Shown here piece by piece: positions 17,568 through 27,870 of a stretch of DNA of 64,000 bases. The DNA comes from Bacteroidota bacterium (GTDB lineage: Bacteria > Bacteroidota > Bacteroidia > Bacteroidales > WCHB1-69). The stretch is taken from positions 17,151 through 81,150 of the forward strand of contig JAKPTX010000117.1 of the NCBI GenBank assembly GCA_029570835.1, written 5' to 3'. The position numbers were made by a program, and so were the translations under genes. Within the stretch, counting starts at the first letter, position 1. The number at the start of each line of letters is the position of its first letter. Below the pieces are notes generated by a model. It did no database searches, was not told the DNA's origin, and saw nothing but the letters and a program-made list of their open reading frames with translations.

Positions 17568-18020
17568 CTATTCTTTATTCTTCGTGTCAATCCAAATCGT
17601 AACGGGCCCCCAATTGAGGAGAGAAACATCCATCATGGCGCCGAACTCGCCCTGTGCGACAGGTTTTTGCGTTAATTCACTCAACAGATCAATCATTTGC
17701 AGATAGAGTCGTTTCGCTTTTTCCGGTTCAGCTGCCCGGATAAAAGAGGGTCTGTTGCCCTTCTTGGTCATAGCATGTAATGTGAACTGACTCACCACTA
17801 AAATTGAACCCCCATGTTCCATCACAGAATGATTCATCTGATCCTGATCATCAGGAAAAATCCTCAATTTCACAATCTTGGATGCCAGCCAGTTCAAATC
17901 CTCCTCCCCATCCTCCTCTTCAATGCCTAAAAAAATCAATAACCCCTCTCCTATTGAACCTACCTCTCTGTTCTCTACGTGGACTGCCGCATGACGCACC
18001 CGCTGAATCACTACTCTCAT
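17568..18020 (-). CDS. dtd: D-aminoacyl-tRNA deacylase
   Basis: MRVVIQRV start, VSQFTL, GNRPSF, NWGPVT. Confidence 0.95.
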   Translation of the reverse strand: MRVVIQRVRHAAVHVENREVGSIGEGLLIFLGIEEEDGEEDLNWLASKIVKLRIFPDDQDQMNHSVMEHGGSILVVSQFTLHAMTKKGNRPSFIRAAEPEKAKRLYLQMIDLLSELTQKPVAQGEFGAMMDVSLLNWGPVTIWIDTKNKE

Positions 18021-18142
18021 ACAATACTCAAACTTTAATCGTGAACTTAACAAATAAACGCCCAAAGATATCAATTATTTTTGTGTAAAACTTTGGTCAT
18101 ATTATATTTTTTTACGATATTTGCATATTAAACATTGCACTA

Positions 18143-19255
18143 ATGGAAAGAATTGGCATTATTGGTGGTGGACATCTGGGAACCATGATGGCTGAAGCTG
18201 CCCATCGTATGGGGATGCAGATCATCGTTTTAGATCCACAACCCAACTGTCCCTGTTCTCAGTACGCTGACGAACAGATTGTCGCAGAATTTACTAATCA
18301 AAGCAAAATGGAGGAACTCTGCATCAAAAGTGATCTGGTTACCTACGCTTTTGAAAATGTTCCCTATCACATTATCAAAGAGTTAGGAATTCAATACAAC
18401 ATCCCTCAGGGAGAGATGCCGCTGTTCCTTTCTCAACACCGCTTGCGTGAAAAAATTTCAGCCACCCGCGCCGGTGCCATCTGCGGAGAATATATCCCCG
18501 TCAACAATACTTACGAGTTAATTGAAGGAATCCGTTTGATTGATTACCCTTGTGTTCTGAAAACTTGCGATACTTTCGAAAAGAAAGAGTCCGTTATTCT
18601 CAAAGGGGGTACACAGTTCCCGGAAGCTTCCCGTGTAGTGGAAAATCACCATTCTATTCTGGAAAAGTGGATCAACTTTGATTATGAAGTGAGTATTGTG
18701 GTAGTCAGAAGTATTTTTGGAGATATCAGCACTTTCCCGGTTACCCTGAATATCAACAAAGGCTCCAATCTGCTGATGAGTATTGCTCCTGCTCCCATCC
18801 CTGAAGAGATTATCCACAAAGTTGAATCCACAGCCAAAACAATGATGCGTAACTTTGGATTTGTGGGTACACTGACCATTGAAATGTTTGTGGTTGGAAA
18901 TGAGGTGATCTTTAATGAGATGATTCCCCATCCTCATAATTCAGGAAATTACACCATTGAAGCGTGTGAAGTGGATCAATTTGAACAACATATCAGAGCG
19001 TTAAGCGGACTGCCACTGAAAGAAACTACGCTGCTCCATCCTGCAATTACTGTCAGTTTTTACGGACAAGATGTTGAGGGAGTCAGAATCATAGAGCAAA
19101 GGCAACTGCCCCGAACCTATGTTCATGATTATCTCAAAAATGAGATCCGGGATAACATAAAAGTGGGACATGTTACATTTATTGACTACTCCAAAGAGGA
19201 GGTTGAAAAGCTCATGGATCAGTATTGGAAGAGTCATTTGGAGGAGAGCCAATAA
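18143..19255 (+). CDS. PurK-like ATP-grasp protein (divergent)
   Basis: IGIIGGGHLG, YAFENVP, PHNSG, QFEQHIRA and KVGH are present; the GYDG loop is absent. Confidence 0.8.
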   Translation: MERIGIIGGGHLGTMMAEAAHRMGMQIIVLDPQPNCPCSQYADEQIVAEFTNQSKMEELCIKSDLVTYAFENVPYHIIKELGIQYNIPQGEMPLFLSQHRLREKISATRAGAICGEYIPVNNTYELIEGIRLIDYPCVLKTCDTFEKKESVILKGGTQFPEASRVVENHHSILEKWINFDYEVSIVVVRSIFGDISTFPVTLNINKGSNLLMSIAPAPIPEEIIHKVESTAKTMMRNFGFVGTLTIEMFVVGNEVIFNEMIPHPHNSGNYTIEACEVDQFEQHIRALSGLPLKETTLLHPAITVSFYGQDVEGVRIIEQRQLPRTYVHDYLKNEIRDNIKVGHVTFIDYSKEEVEKLMDQYWKSHLEESQ

Positions 19256-19419
19256 ATGATTTTGAGTATGATATTGGATTCTTCGCCCCACAACAGCAGC
19301 CAACAGGAAATAGATAACCTGACTGCTCAAGGGTTTCAGAAGAGCCACTGAATGTCCTCCCCCCCAATTATTTAAAATAAAAAATAAAAAACAAGAAATT
19401 AGAAATAAGAAATATCAAC

Positions 19420-19905
19420 GTGACTGAAAAGAGAAAAATTAAAAATGTTTTTGCCCAGGGAAACTACAACTGTATCGCTTGTTCTCCCTACAATCCTATC
19501 GGTTTTAAACTCCAATTTTATGAGGAAGGAGATTATATCACCGCTTCGTGGAACCCGCAACACAACTACGAGGGTTACCCGGGAATTTTACATGGCGGCG
19601 TACAGGCTCTGCTTTTAGATGAAATCTCAGCCTGGACTGTTTATATTAAAGCCAAAACGTCGGGAGTTACGGGAAGAATGAGTATCAGATACAAAAAAGA
19701 GGTGACTATCAATCAATCGGAGATCAGATTAAGGGGTAGAATTTTAGAACATCGAAGAAATTTATGTATCCTGGAAGCGCAACTTTTTAATGCGGATGGA
19801 GAATTATGCGCCGAAGCAGAGACTACCTTTTTCTTATTCCCTGTTGAAAAAATGATTGCAGAAGGAACCTATCCGGCACGTTTTGAAGATTTTTATGACG
19901 AGTAA
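19420..19905 (+). CDS. PaaI-family hotdog thioesterase
   Basis: CIACSPYNPIG, EGYPGILHGG..LLDE; GTG start. Confidence 0.85.
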   Translation: MTEKRKIKNVFAQGNYNCIACSPYNPIGFKLQFYEEGDYITASWNPQHNYEGYPGILHGGVQALLLDEISAWTVYIKAKTSGVTGRMSIRYKKEVTINQSEIRLRGRILEHRRNLCILEAQLFNADGELCAEAETTFFLFPVEKMIAEGTYPARFEDFYDE

Positions 19906-19922
19906 TCCCTTTATCGCCCGTT

Positions 19923-20366
19923 ATGTTTTTTTCTGACGAATATTTTATGAAAATCGCCTATCAAGAGGCATTGCAGGCTTATGAACTGGATGAAGTACCG
20001 GTAGGAGCTGTCGTGGTGCTCAATGATCAAATCATTGGGAAAGGACACAATTTAACCCAAACCCTTACTGATGTTACCGCTCACGCCGAAATGTTGGCTA
20101 TCACAGCAGCATCCAATCATTTGACTGCCAAATATTTACAAGATTGCACTCTCTACGTGACTTTGGAGCCCTGTATCATGTGTGCCGGTGCCATTGCGCT
20201 GGCACAAGTCGGAAAGTTGGTCTATGGTGCCCATGACCCCAAAAGAGGCTACACTTTGCTTGGGAAAAATATCTTACATCCTAAAACAGAAGTGGTTACA
20301 GGCATCATGGAAGGAGAGTGCAAAGAATTATTAATCCGTTTTTTTAATCAAAAAAGAGACTCATGA
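19923..20366 (+). CDS. tadA: tRNA adenosine deaminase (TadA-like)
   Basis: EVPVGAVVV, HAE, TLEPCIMC. Confidence 0.88.
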   Translation: MFFSDEYFMKIAYQEALQAYELDEVPVGAVVVLNDQIIGKGHNLTQTLTDVTAHAEMLAITAASNHLTAKYLQDCTLYVTLEPCIMCAGAIALAQVGKLVYGAHDPKRGYTLLGKNILHPKTEVVTGIMEGECKELLIRFFNQKRDS

Positions 20367-21742
20367 CACTAATCAAATCGATTTCCGGAATCAGAGGTAC
20401 CATCGGTGGAAAACCTGACGAAAACCTCACCCCTATAGATGTAGTCAAATTTTGTTCAGCTTTTATTCAAACCCTTCAAAATAGAAATCCGTCGCCAACC
20501 ATTGTGGTAGGACGAGATGCCCGTATTTCCGGTCCCATTTTGAGCCAACTGGTTTGCGCTACCCTTCAAAGTATGGGTGCTCACGTAATTGATGTGGGTT
20601 TGTCGACCACTCCAACCGTTGAAATGAGTGTAATCCAAAAGCAAGCTGACGGAGGAATTATTCTCACCGCCAGTCACAATCCGATGGAATGGAATGCGCT
20701 CAAACTGTTAAACCACAAAGGAGAATTTATCTCCGCGGAAGATGCATCTCAACTGCTTGAAATCGCTGATAATGAGGAGTTTGAATATGCAAAAATAGAT
20801 CAATTGGGAACTTATCAACTGTATGAAAACGCCATCAACGACCATATTGACGCCATATTGGCGCTTCCATTAGTGGATGTTGAAGCGATTCGTCAAGCTC
20901 AATTTAAAGTGGCTGTTGATGCGGTCAATTCAACCGGAGGAATATCGATACCCCCGCTATTGGATCGTTTGGGCGTAGAGTATCATCTGTTGAATGGCGA
21001 ACCCACCGGTATTTTTGCGCATAATCCTGAGCCGTTACCTGAACATTTAGGCGATATTTCGAGACTGGTAGTTGAAAAAAAGCTGGATTTGGGCTTGGTT
21101 ACAGACCCCGATGTCGACCGTTTGGCAATGATTATGGAAAATGGCGAAATGTTCGGTGAAGAGTACACCATTGTCGCCATTGCCGACTATATTTTGCAGC
21201 ACACACCCGGCAATACCGTTTCCAACCTTTCCTCTTCCCGCGCTCTAAGGGATGTCACCCATCGTTACCAAATGCAGTATGAAGCGGCTGCTGTCGGCGA
21301 GGTGAATGTAGTCAAAAAAATGAAAGAGATCAATGCTGTTTTCGGAGGCGAAGGAAACGGAGGGGTGATCTATCCCGAATTACACTACGGCAGGGATGCT
21401 CTCGTAGGAATTGCCCTCTTTTTATCTTGGCTGGCGCACAGCAAACAGAGCATGACGGAGTTGAAAAAGCGCTATCCCGCCTACTCCATCTCTAAAAATA
21501 AACTACCTTTGGAGCCTGGTATGGATGTCAAACGGATCTTAAAAAAAGTTGCCGATCAATTCCGTTCTACCGAGCAAGTAACTGATATTGATGGAGTTAA
21601 GATCGACTACAAATCCGGATGGGTTCACTTAAGAAGTTCCAATACCGAGCCGATTATCCGAATCTACGCCGAAGCTCCCACCATGGAAGAAGCCGACCAA
21701 CTGGTTCAGAAAATCATGCAACTCCTCAAAGAAATTCAATAA
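20363..21742 (+). CDS. glmM: Phosphoglucosamine mutase / alpha-D-phosphohexomutase
   Basis: SISGIRG, TASHNP, DPDVDR, GGEGNGG, RSSNTEP. Confidence 0.88.
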   Translation: MTLIKSISGIRGTIGGKPDENLTPIDVVKFCSAFIQTLQNRNPSPTIVVGRDARISGPILSQLVCATLQSMGAHVIDVGLSTTPTVEMSVIQKQADGGIILTASHNPMEWNALKLLNHKGEFISAEDASQLLEIADNEEFEYAKIDQLGTYQLYENAINDHIDAILALPLVDVEAIRQAQFKVAVDAVNSTGGISIPPLLDRLGVEYHLLNGEPTGIFAHNPEPLPEHLGDISRLVVEKKLDLGLVTDPDVDRLAMIMENGEMFGEEYTIVAIADYILQHTPGNTVSNLSSSRALRDVTHRYQMQYEAAAVGEVNVVKKMKEINAVFGGEGNGGVIYPELHYGRDALVGIALFLSWLAHSKQSMTELKKRYPAYSISKNKLPLEPGMDVKRILKKVADQFRSTEQVTDIDGVKIDYKSGWVHLRSSNTEPIIRIYAEAPTMEEADQLVQKIMQLLKEIQ

Positions 21743-22050
21743 TTATTCTGATTTTTCTGTTTTTATTTTGGAAAAAAAAAGGGGGGCAGATCATATTTCG
21801 CTATTTCGTCAATTCTTTACCCCACTCTAGAATATCTGACCTTTTAGGATATTCTTGATCAATTACGAATTACGAATTACGAATTACGGAATCTTAAATT
21901 TAGAATTTAGAACCCCAACCCCGACATAAATTTCTGGTCTATTGATATGAATACCAATGTGATATGTATAAAAATTAGCTCAATTCCGAAATCCGAAATC
22001 CGAATTCATTCTGACTTTCGCCTTTCGACTTTCGAAATGTCCGTTGATAA
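21743..22050. repeat. Composite intergenic mosaic J8 (no cargo gene)
   Basis: Bipartite motif on the minus strand 21781-21832; AATTACG x4; TTTAGAA x2; TCCGAAA x3; CTTTCGA-type array. Confidence 0.88.
21781..21832 (-). repeat. Bipartite motif, copy 5
   Basis: GGGGGGCAG-N30 (21790-21819)-CCCCACTCTAGAA (one mismatch). Confidence 0.88.
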
Positions 22051-22053
22051 CGA

Positions 22054-22083
22054 AAAAAGGAGCTTTTAATTCGGCTCCTTTTT
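22054..22083. terminator. Rho-independent terminator, possibly bidirectional
   Basis: AAAAAGGAGC-loop-GCTCCTTTTT downstream of nrdJ. Confidence 0.75.
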
Positions 22084-22114
22084 ATTATAGTTAACGGTTT
22101 GAATACACATTACA

Positions 22115-24853
22115 TTATCCACATTTAGAATATCCGCAGCTGGAGCAGGTTAGACAACCCTCCTGGAAATATATTGACTCCATACCACAACTGGGACAAG
22201 TTTTTCCTTTTTGTTTGGTTCCATCGGCAATAAAGCTTTGCAATGCTCTAACCACACCTCTTCGCCAGGAATTGATTGTTTCCTCTCTGAAGTTCAGTCC
22301 ACCAATGATGTTCACAACATTTTCGATTGGAATTTCATGACGCAAGAGAGCTGAAATCATTTTAGCATAGTTCCAAAACTCCGGATTAAAAGTTCTGGAC
22401 AAACCTCCCATGGTTACTTCATACCCATCTTTATCATAATACTTGAAATCGTACTGCTTAACTCCCTCGGGAAGTCTGTTTTTAACAATGAAACCACTTT
22501 CTACCCAACCGGGAACAGGAAAACGCTCCCCTTCAGATTTACCCGTAAAGATCTCGTAAGGTCTTCCATCTCGGGTTCCAATAAAGGCCATCCAATCTTC
22601 ATTATTATTTTTAAACCTTACGATTTTAGCTGCTAACTCTTTTGGTCTTCTTAATTTCTTGGTTTCTTCTTCTGTTCTCTTCGGTTTTGCATCTGTTGAA
22701 ATGAAAATTCCTTCTCTGGAACCCTCTCTGTAAACGGTCATTCCTTTACAGCCGGACTCCCAGGCTTTCACGTAAACAGCACCAACTGTTTCTTCAGTAG
22801 TTTTTTCAGGTACATTAATGGTTACAGAGATCGAGTGATCCACCCATTTTTGAACCATCCCTTGCAGTTCTACTTTTTTAAGGTAATCTGTATCTGCGGC
22901 AGTTGACTTATAATATGGTGATTTCTCAACCAAGGTCCTAATTTCAGATTCCTCCATGTTTTCAAGAAGATTTCTGTCTATTCCTTGAATTTCTGCCCAA
23001 GTTACAAATTTAGGGTGAAACACATGATACTCTTCAAAAAGATCTCCATTCATATCCCGTACCGCTTTACGGTTATTCAAATCGTTAGGATTTACCTTTC
23101 TTCTTCTTTTGTAGTAAACATTAAAAGCGGGTTCAATACCTGAAGTAGTTTGAGTACAAATACTCACACTTCCGGTAGGAGCAATAGTTAGTAAGGCAAT
23201 GTTTCTTCTGCCATATCTAACCATATCTTCATATAATTTTTCATCTGCTTTTTTCAAGCGAAGTACAAAAGGATTTTGAACTTCTTTAATACAGCTATAA
23301 ACCGGAAATGCGCCTCTTTCTTTAGCCATTGTAACTGAGGATCTATAAGCTGATAAAGCGAGTTGCTTATGAACCTCTTCTGAAAAAGCATTCCCTCTAT
23401 CAGAACCATATCTAATATTCAGTGCAGCCAACATGTCTCCTTCCGCAGTAATACCCAATCCTGTTCTTCTGCCTTTCAAAGTTTGTTTTTTAATTTTGTT
23501 CCACAACTCCATCTCTACTCTTTTGATATCATCTGTTTCAGGATCACTCGCCACTTTAGCCAATATTTGGTCAATCTTTTCTATTTCCAAATCGATAATA
23601 TCATCCATTAATCGTTGAGCATACTGAACATGTTGTTTAAAAAGGGTCATATCAAAAAAAGCCTCTTCTGTAAAGGGATTTTTTACGTAGCTATACATAT
23701 TGAGAGCAATCAGGCGACAACTATCATAAGGACAAAGAGGAATTTCCCCGCATGGGTTGGTAGAAACTGTTTTGAATCCTTCATCTTCGTAGCAATCCGG
23801 AATCGCTTCTTTAGCAATTGTATCCCAAAAAAGTACACCGGGTTCTGCAGATTTCCACGCATTATGAATAATTTTATTCCATAATTTGCGAGCATCTATT
23901 TCTTGAGTATAGGTTGGTGTTTCACTATGAATCGGATATTGTTGCGTATAGGAAGTTCCATTTTTAACTGCTTCCATGAATTTATTATCAATTCTCACGG
24001 ATACATTCGCACCGGTAATCTTACCGGGTATCATCTTAGCATCTATAAAATGCTCCGCATCGGGATGTTTAATTGATATTGATAACATGAGTGCTCCTCT
24101 TCTTCCATCCTGAGCTACTTCACGTGTTGAATTGGAATATCTTTCCATAAATGGAACTACTCCTGTAGAAGTAATTGCACAATTCTTCACCTGACTACCT
24201 GAAGGTCTGATATGTGAAAGATCGTGTCCTACTCCACCTCTTCTTTTCATCAACTGCACTTGTTCCTCATCCATTTTCATTATTCCACCATAAGAGTCGG
24301 AACGTGAGTCATTTCCTATTACAAAACAATTTGACAAGGAAGCAATCTGATAATTATTCCCAATTCCTGCCATAGGACTTCCTTGTGGAACAATATAAGC
24401 AAAGTTTTTAAAGAGAGAATAGATCAACTCCTCATCCATAGGATTAACATATTTCTTTTCTATTCTTGCAAACTCTTTGGCTAATCTTCTATGCATTTCA
24501 TCAGGAGTTCTTTCCAACAAAGCCCCTTCGTCATTTTTCAATGCGTACTTATCTATCCAAACTCCCGCAGCTAATTCATCGCCATTAAAATATGCCACCA
24601 CCTCACTGAAAATTTCAGATTTTGTGTATGTTGGTGGTGATAATGGCTCCTCTTCTACTTCCTCTTTTACCATATTAATATCCGTTGAACTCTCCATTTC
24701 CAATCCCTCAAACAGCGTTTGACTGGACGTCAATCGTTCCAATTCTTGCTCTCTTTTTATTACTATTTCATCATTTTTCTTGCGCAAAATAAGCTCCTCT
24801 TCTTCCAAAAAAAGACCTAAATTTTGAGGTTTAAAGGATTGGCTCTCGTTCAT
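22115..24853 (-). CDS. nrdJ: Adenosylcobalamin-dependent ribonucleotide reductase (class II)
   Basis: SLSNCFV, TNPCGE, TIAPTGS, KGMTVYR, C-terminal CPSC..CLTCSSCGYSKC. Confidence 0.95.
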   Translation of the reverse strand: MNESQSFKPQNLGLFLEEEELILRKKNDEIVIKREQELERLTSSQTLFEGLEMESSTDINMVKEEVEEEPLSPPTYTKSEIFSEVVAYFNGDELAAGVWIDKYALKNDEGALLERTPDEMHRRLAKEFARIEKKYVNPMDEELIYSLFKNFAYIVPQGSPMAGIGNNYQIASLSNCFVIGNDSRSDSYGGIMKMDEEQVQLMKRRGGVGHDLSHIRPSGSQVKNCAITSTGVVPFMERYSNSTREVAQDGRRGALMLSISIKHPDAEHFIDAKMIPGKITGANVSVRIDNKFMEAVKNGTSYTQQYPIHSETPTYTQEIDARKLWNKIIHNAWKSAEPGVLFWDTIAKEAIPDCYEDEGFKTVSTNPCGEIPLCPYDSCRLIALNMYSYVKNPFTEEAFFDMTLFKQHVQYAQRLMDDIIDLEIEKIDQILAKVASDPETDDIKRVEMELWNKIKKQTLKGRRTGLGITAEGDMLAALNIRYGSDRGNAFSEEVHKQLALSAYRSSVTMAKERGAFPVYSCIKEVQNPFVLRLKKADEKLYEDMVRYGRRNIALLTIAPTGSVSICTQTTSGIEPAFNVYYKRRRKVNPNDLNNRKAVRDMNGDLFEEYHVFHPKFVTWAEIQGIDRNLLENMEESEIRTLVEKSPYYKSTAADTDYLKKVELQGMVQKWVDHSISVTINVPEKTTEETVGAVYVKAWESGCKGMTVYREGSREGIFISTDAKPKRTEEETKKLRRPKELAAKIVRFKNNNEDWMAFIGTRDGRPYEIFTGKSEGERFPVPGWVESGFIVKNRLPEGVKQYDFKYYDKDGYEVTMGGLSRTFNPEFWNYAKMISALLRHEIPIENVVNIIGGLNFREETINSWRRGVVRALQSFIADGTKQKGKTCPSCGMESIYFQEGCLTCSSCGYSKCG

Positions 24854-25124
24854 TTTTTATGTTATTATTTTATTTATATTTTTACGTTTTTATCACCAAA
24901 AAGGGGTCAAAAAAGGAGATCTTAAGGTATAAGAACAAATGTTAATTTATATATGTGAGTTAAAATCAGTAACTTGTAGAATTAAAATCTCTAAAGAAAC
25001 CCATTTGCTAAAATAGAATAATGAATGGCATTTTATATCTTTTATTTTAACATATTATCAACAAAATATCGTTGATATTTTTTAAAGGTTATCTATCAGG
25101 CGTTTAGATATTTTTATTTAAAAA

Positions 25125-26009
25125 TTATTTTTTTCCTGATAGCTGTGCCGTAGGATCTATTTTTTTAATTAACCCTTGTAAAACCTCACCGGGTCCATAT
25201 TCTATATAGCTATTAAATCCATCTTTCATCATATTCTGGACAGTCATTGTCCACAATACCGGTGCCGTTAATTGCTTAATTAAATTCTGTTTGATTAAAG
25301 CTGGATCTGTTTCCGGAAGAGCGGTATAATTTTGATAAATTGGACAACATGGCGTTTTAAATTGAGTATTATTGATCGCTTCAGCCAACTCCTCTTGTGC
25401 CGGTAACATCAGTGGGGAGTGAAAAGCACCACCCACATTCAACATCATAACACGTTTAGCTCCGGCTTCTTTAATTTTCTCCATCGCTATTTCCAACCCT
25501 TTAAAAGAACCTGAAATTACTAATTGTCCGGGACAATTAAAATTGGCAGGAACAACCACTTCATCAATATCATCACAAATCTCTTTTACTTTTTGATCTT
25601 CAAAACCGATGACCACTGCCATTCCTGAGGGATTTGCCAAACATGCTTTTTGCATTGCATTAGCTCTTCTGGATACCAATTTTAGTCCATCTGCAAAGTC
25701 CAATGCTCCACTTGCAACCAATGCAGAAAATTCACCCAATGAATGTCCTGCAACTCCATCAGGGTTACCCCCCTCATGAAGCATTAAATATGCTATGGTA
25801 GAATGTATAAAAATTGCCGGTTGGGTAATATGAGTTTCTTTCAAATCAGCATCTGTTCCATGGAACATTTTATCTGAGATTGAGAATCCTAATATTTCAT
25901 CAGCTTGAAGAAAGAGACGCTTAGCTTCAGGAAATTGGTCAAATAATTCTTTACCCATTCCTACAAATTGAGCTCCTTGTCCCGGAAAAACGCATGCCTT
26001 CTTATTCAT
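25125..26009 (-). CDS. fabD: ACP S-malonyltransferase
   Basis: VFPGQG, GHSLGE, GAFHS; start at ATG 26009. Confidence 0.95.
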   Translation of the reverse strand: MNKKACVFPGQGAQFVGMGKELFDQFPEAKRLFLQADEILGFSISDKMFHGTDADLKETHITQPAIFIHSTIAYLMLHEGGNPDGVAGHSLGEFSALVASGALDFADGLKLVSRRANAMQKACLANPSGMAVVIGFEDQKVKEICDDIDEVVVPANFNCPGQLVISGSFKGLEIAMEKIKEAGAKRVMMLNVGGAFHSPLMLPAQEELAEAINNTQFKTPCCPIYQNYTALPETDPALIKQNLIKQLTAPVLWTMTVQNMMKDGFNSYIEYGPGEVLQGLIKKIDPTAQLSGKK

Positions 26010-26157
26010 AAATTTTAATTTTAATAATGAGTTTGCAAAGATATCGATTTTTTTCGATAGTGCAGCAGATTTCCTCCCCCCTTTTTTTTTATTAAAAATA
26101 AAGAGAAAAGGAGTATATTTCACAAAAAACCATTATCTTTGCGCAAAATTTCCGAAT

Positions 26158-26862
26158 ATGATCTATCGTCGTATCTTATTAAAACTGAGCGGAGAATCTT
26201 TGATGGGAAAAGATGGGTATGGTATTGATTACAATGCAGTTAGCCATTATGCTTTAGAAATAAAAAGTGCTGTTGAGTTGGGTGTTCAGGTTGGAGTTGT
26301 AATTGGAGGCGGAAATATTTTTAGAGGAGTAAAAGGGTCAGATCGTGGTTTTGATAGAAGACAAGGAGATCAGATGGGAATGTTGGCAACCTTAATTAAT
26401 GGATTAGCACTACAAACCGTATTGGAAGAGCATGGTATCGCTACACAACTTCTTTCTGCTCTTTCTATTGATGGAATCGTTTCAAAAACTTCTTTCCGCA
26501 AAGCTGTTTCTCACCTTGAAAATAATGAAGTCGTTATTTTTGTTGGAGGAACCGGTAACTCTTTTTTCACCACTGATACAGCCGCTGCTTTACGTGCTGT
26601 TGAAATTCAGGCAGATCTATTGTTAAAAGGAACTCGTGTAGATGGAGTTTACGATGCTGATCCGGAAAAAGTGCTTACAGCAAAGAAATTCGACCAGATT
26701 TCTTATGAACAAGCGTACACTATGGGACTTAATATCTTAGACTTGACCGCATTTACCCTTTGTCAAGAAAATCAAATGCCTATTTACGTGTATAATGCAA
26801 ACATTCCTAAAAATCTTTTGAAAATTTTACAGGGTGAACATATTGGAACAATAATAAATTAA
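26158..26862 (+). CDS. pyrH: UMP kinase
   Basis: LLKLSGE, GGGNIFRG, FFTTDTAA. Confidence 0.96.
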   Translation: MIYRRILLKLSGESLMGKDGYGIDYNAVSHYALEIKSAVELGVQVGVVIGGGNIFRGVKGSDRGFDRRQGDQMGMLATLINGLALQTVLEEHGIATQLLSALSIDGIVSKTSFRKAVSHLENNEVVIFVGGTGNSFFTTDTAAALRAVEIQADLLLKGTRVDGVYDADPEKVLTAKKFDQISYEQAYTMGLNILDLTAFTLCQENQMPIYVYNANIPKNLLKILQGEHIGTIIN

Positions 26863-26868
26863 GGATTT

Positions 26869-27222
26869 ATGGAGCAGAATCAAAACCAAATTAATGAGTA
26901 TGGTCCCCTTTTTAACAAAGCAAAAAAAAGGGTTAATTTTAAAATCCATGCTGCTATTTACCTCATAATTTTAGCCATATTATGGGTAATTTGGGGTTTT
27001 ATCTTTAAAAATAGCTCCGCTGAAACTTCTATTTTTTTAAAATCGATTCTCTTTATTACCATTATATGGAGTATCATATTAATTGCCCATTATCTCTACG
27101 CTTTTAAATGGAACTCTGCCTTGGTTGAACGAGAGTTACAACGCATGATAAAACAGATGGAGAAGGATAAAAAGAGTGAAACAGAATTAAATCAGGAAAC
27201 AAAAAATAACGACGAACTATAA
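26869..27222 (+). CDS. 2TM-domain membrane protein
   Basis: AKKRVNFKIHAAIY plus two TM helices and a conserved-looking W..L.AH. Confidence 0.7.
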   Translation: MEQNQNQINEYGPLFNKAKKRVNFKIHAAIYLIILAILWVIWGFIFKNSSAETSIFLKSILFITIIWSIILIAHYLYAFKWNSALVERELQRMIKQMEKDKKSETELNQETKNNDEL

Positions 27223-27256
27223 AATAAAATATTAATCACAATAAAAATTTAAAAAA

Positions 27257-27817
27257 ATGGACGAAATAACAATATGTATTGATACTGCAAGAGAGGGAAT
27301 GTTACAAACGGTTGCTTTTTTTGAAAAAGAACTTCAAAAATTGAGAGCCGGAAAAGCATCACCCCAAATGTTAGATGGAATTAAAGTTGATTATTATGGT
27401 AATCCTACTCCTATTGAACAAGTTAGCAATATTTCAACCCCGGATGCTAGACAAATCATCATTCAGCCTTGGGAAAGAAATATGTTACAACCTATTGAAA
27501 AGGCCATTATTAATGCTAACATTGATGTAACTCCACAAAATAATGGAGAATTTATCAGGCTTGTAGTTCCCACTCCTACCGAAGAAAAAAGAAGAGATAT
27601 GGTAAGAAAAGCTAAACAAGAGGCCGAGCAAGCAAAAATAGGTGTTAGAAATACTCGTAGAACAGCTAACGAAACTGCAAAAAAATTAAAAGATGAGGGT
27701 CTCCCTGAAGACACTGCTATAAAACTTGAAGGAGATATTCAAAAATTAACTGACGACTTTATTTCAAAAATTGATAAAATTACTGAAATGAAAGAGAAAG
27801 AAATTATGACCATTTAA
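27257..27817 (+). CDS. frr: Ribosome recycling factor
   Basis: LRAGKASP, VDYYG, EKEIMTI. Confidence 0.96.
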   Translation: MDEITICIDTAREGMLQTVAFFEKELQKLRAGKASPQMLDGIKVDYYGNPTPIEQVSNISTPDARQIIIQPWERNMLQPIEKAIINANIDVTPQNNGEFIRLVVPTPTEEKRRDMVRKAKQEAEQAKIGVRNTRRTANETAKKLKDEGLPEDTAIKLEGDIQKLTDDFISKIDKITEMKEKEIMTI

Positions 27818-27870
27818 TTTATACATTAATCATAAAAATAGTCACTATTTATTTATTTAAAAATCGAATT

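Noticed and set aside
19256-19351. 31-codon ORF in frame after the purK-like stop (readthrough or small protein)
   Set aside because: TAA stop, no recognisable motif and too short to support.
26010-26123. Upstream N-terminal extensions given by the ORF track (fabD, dtd, recG, gcvP, tsaB, DUF2779 and others)
   Set aside because: Most run through promoter boxes, repeats or the neighbouring gene; downstream ATGs match the family N-termini.
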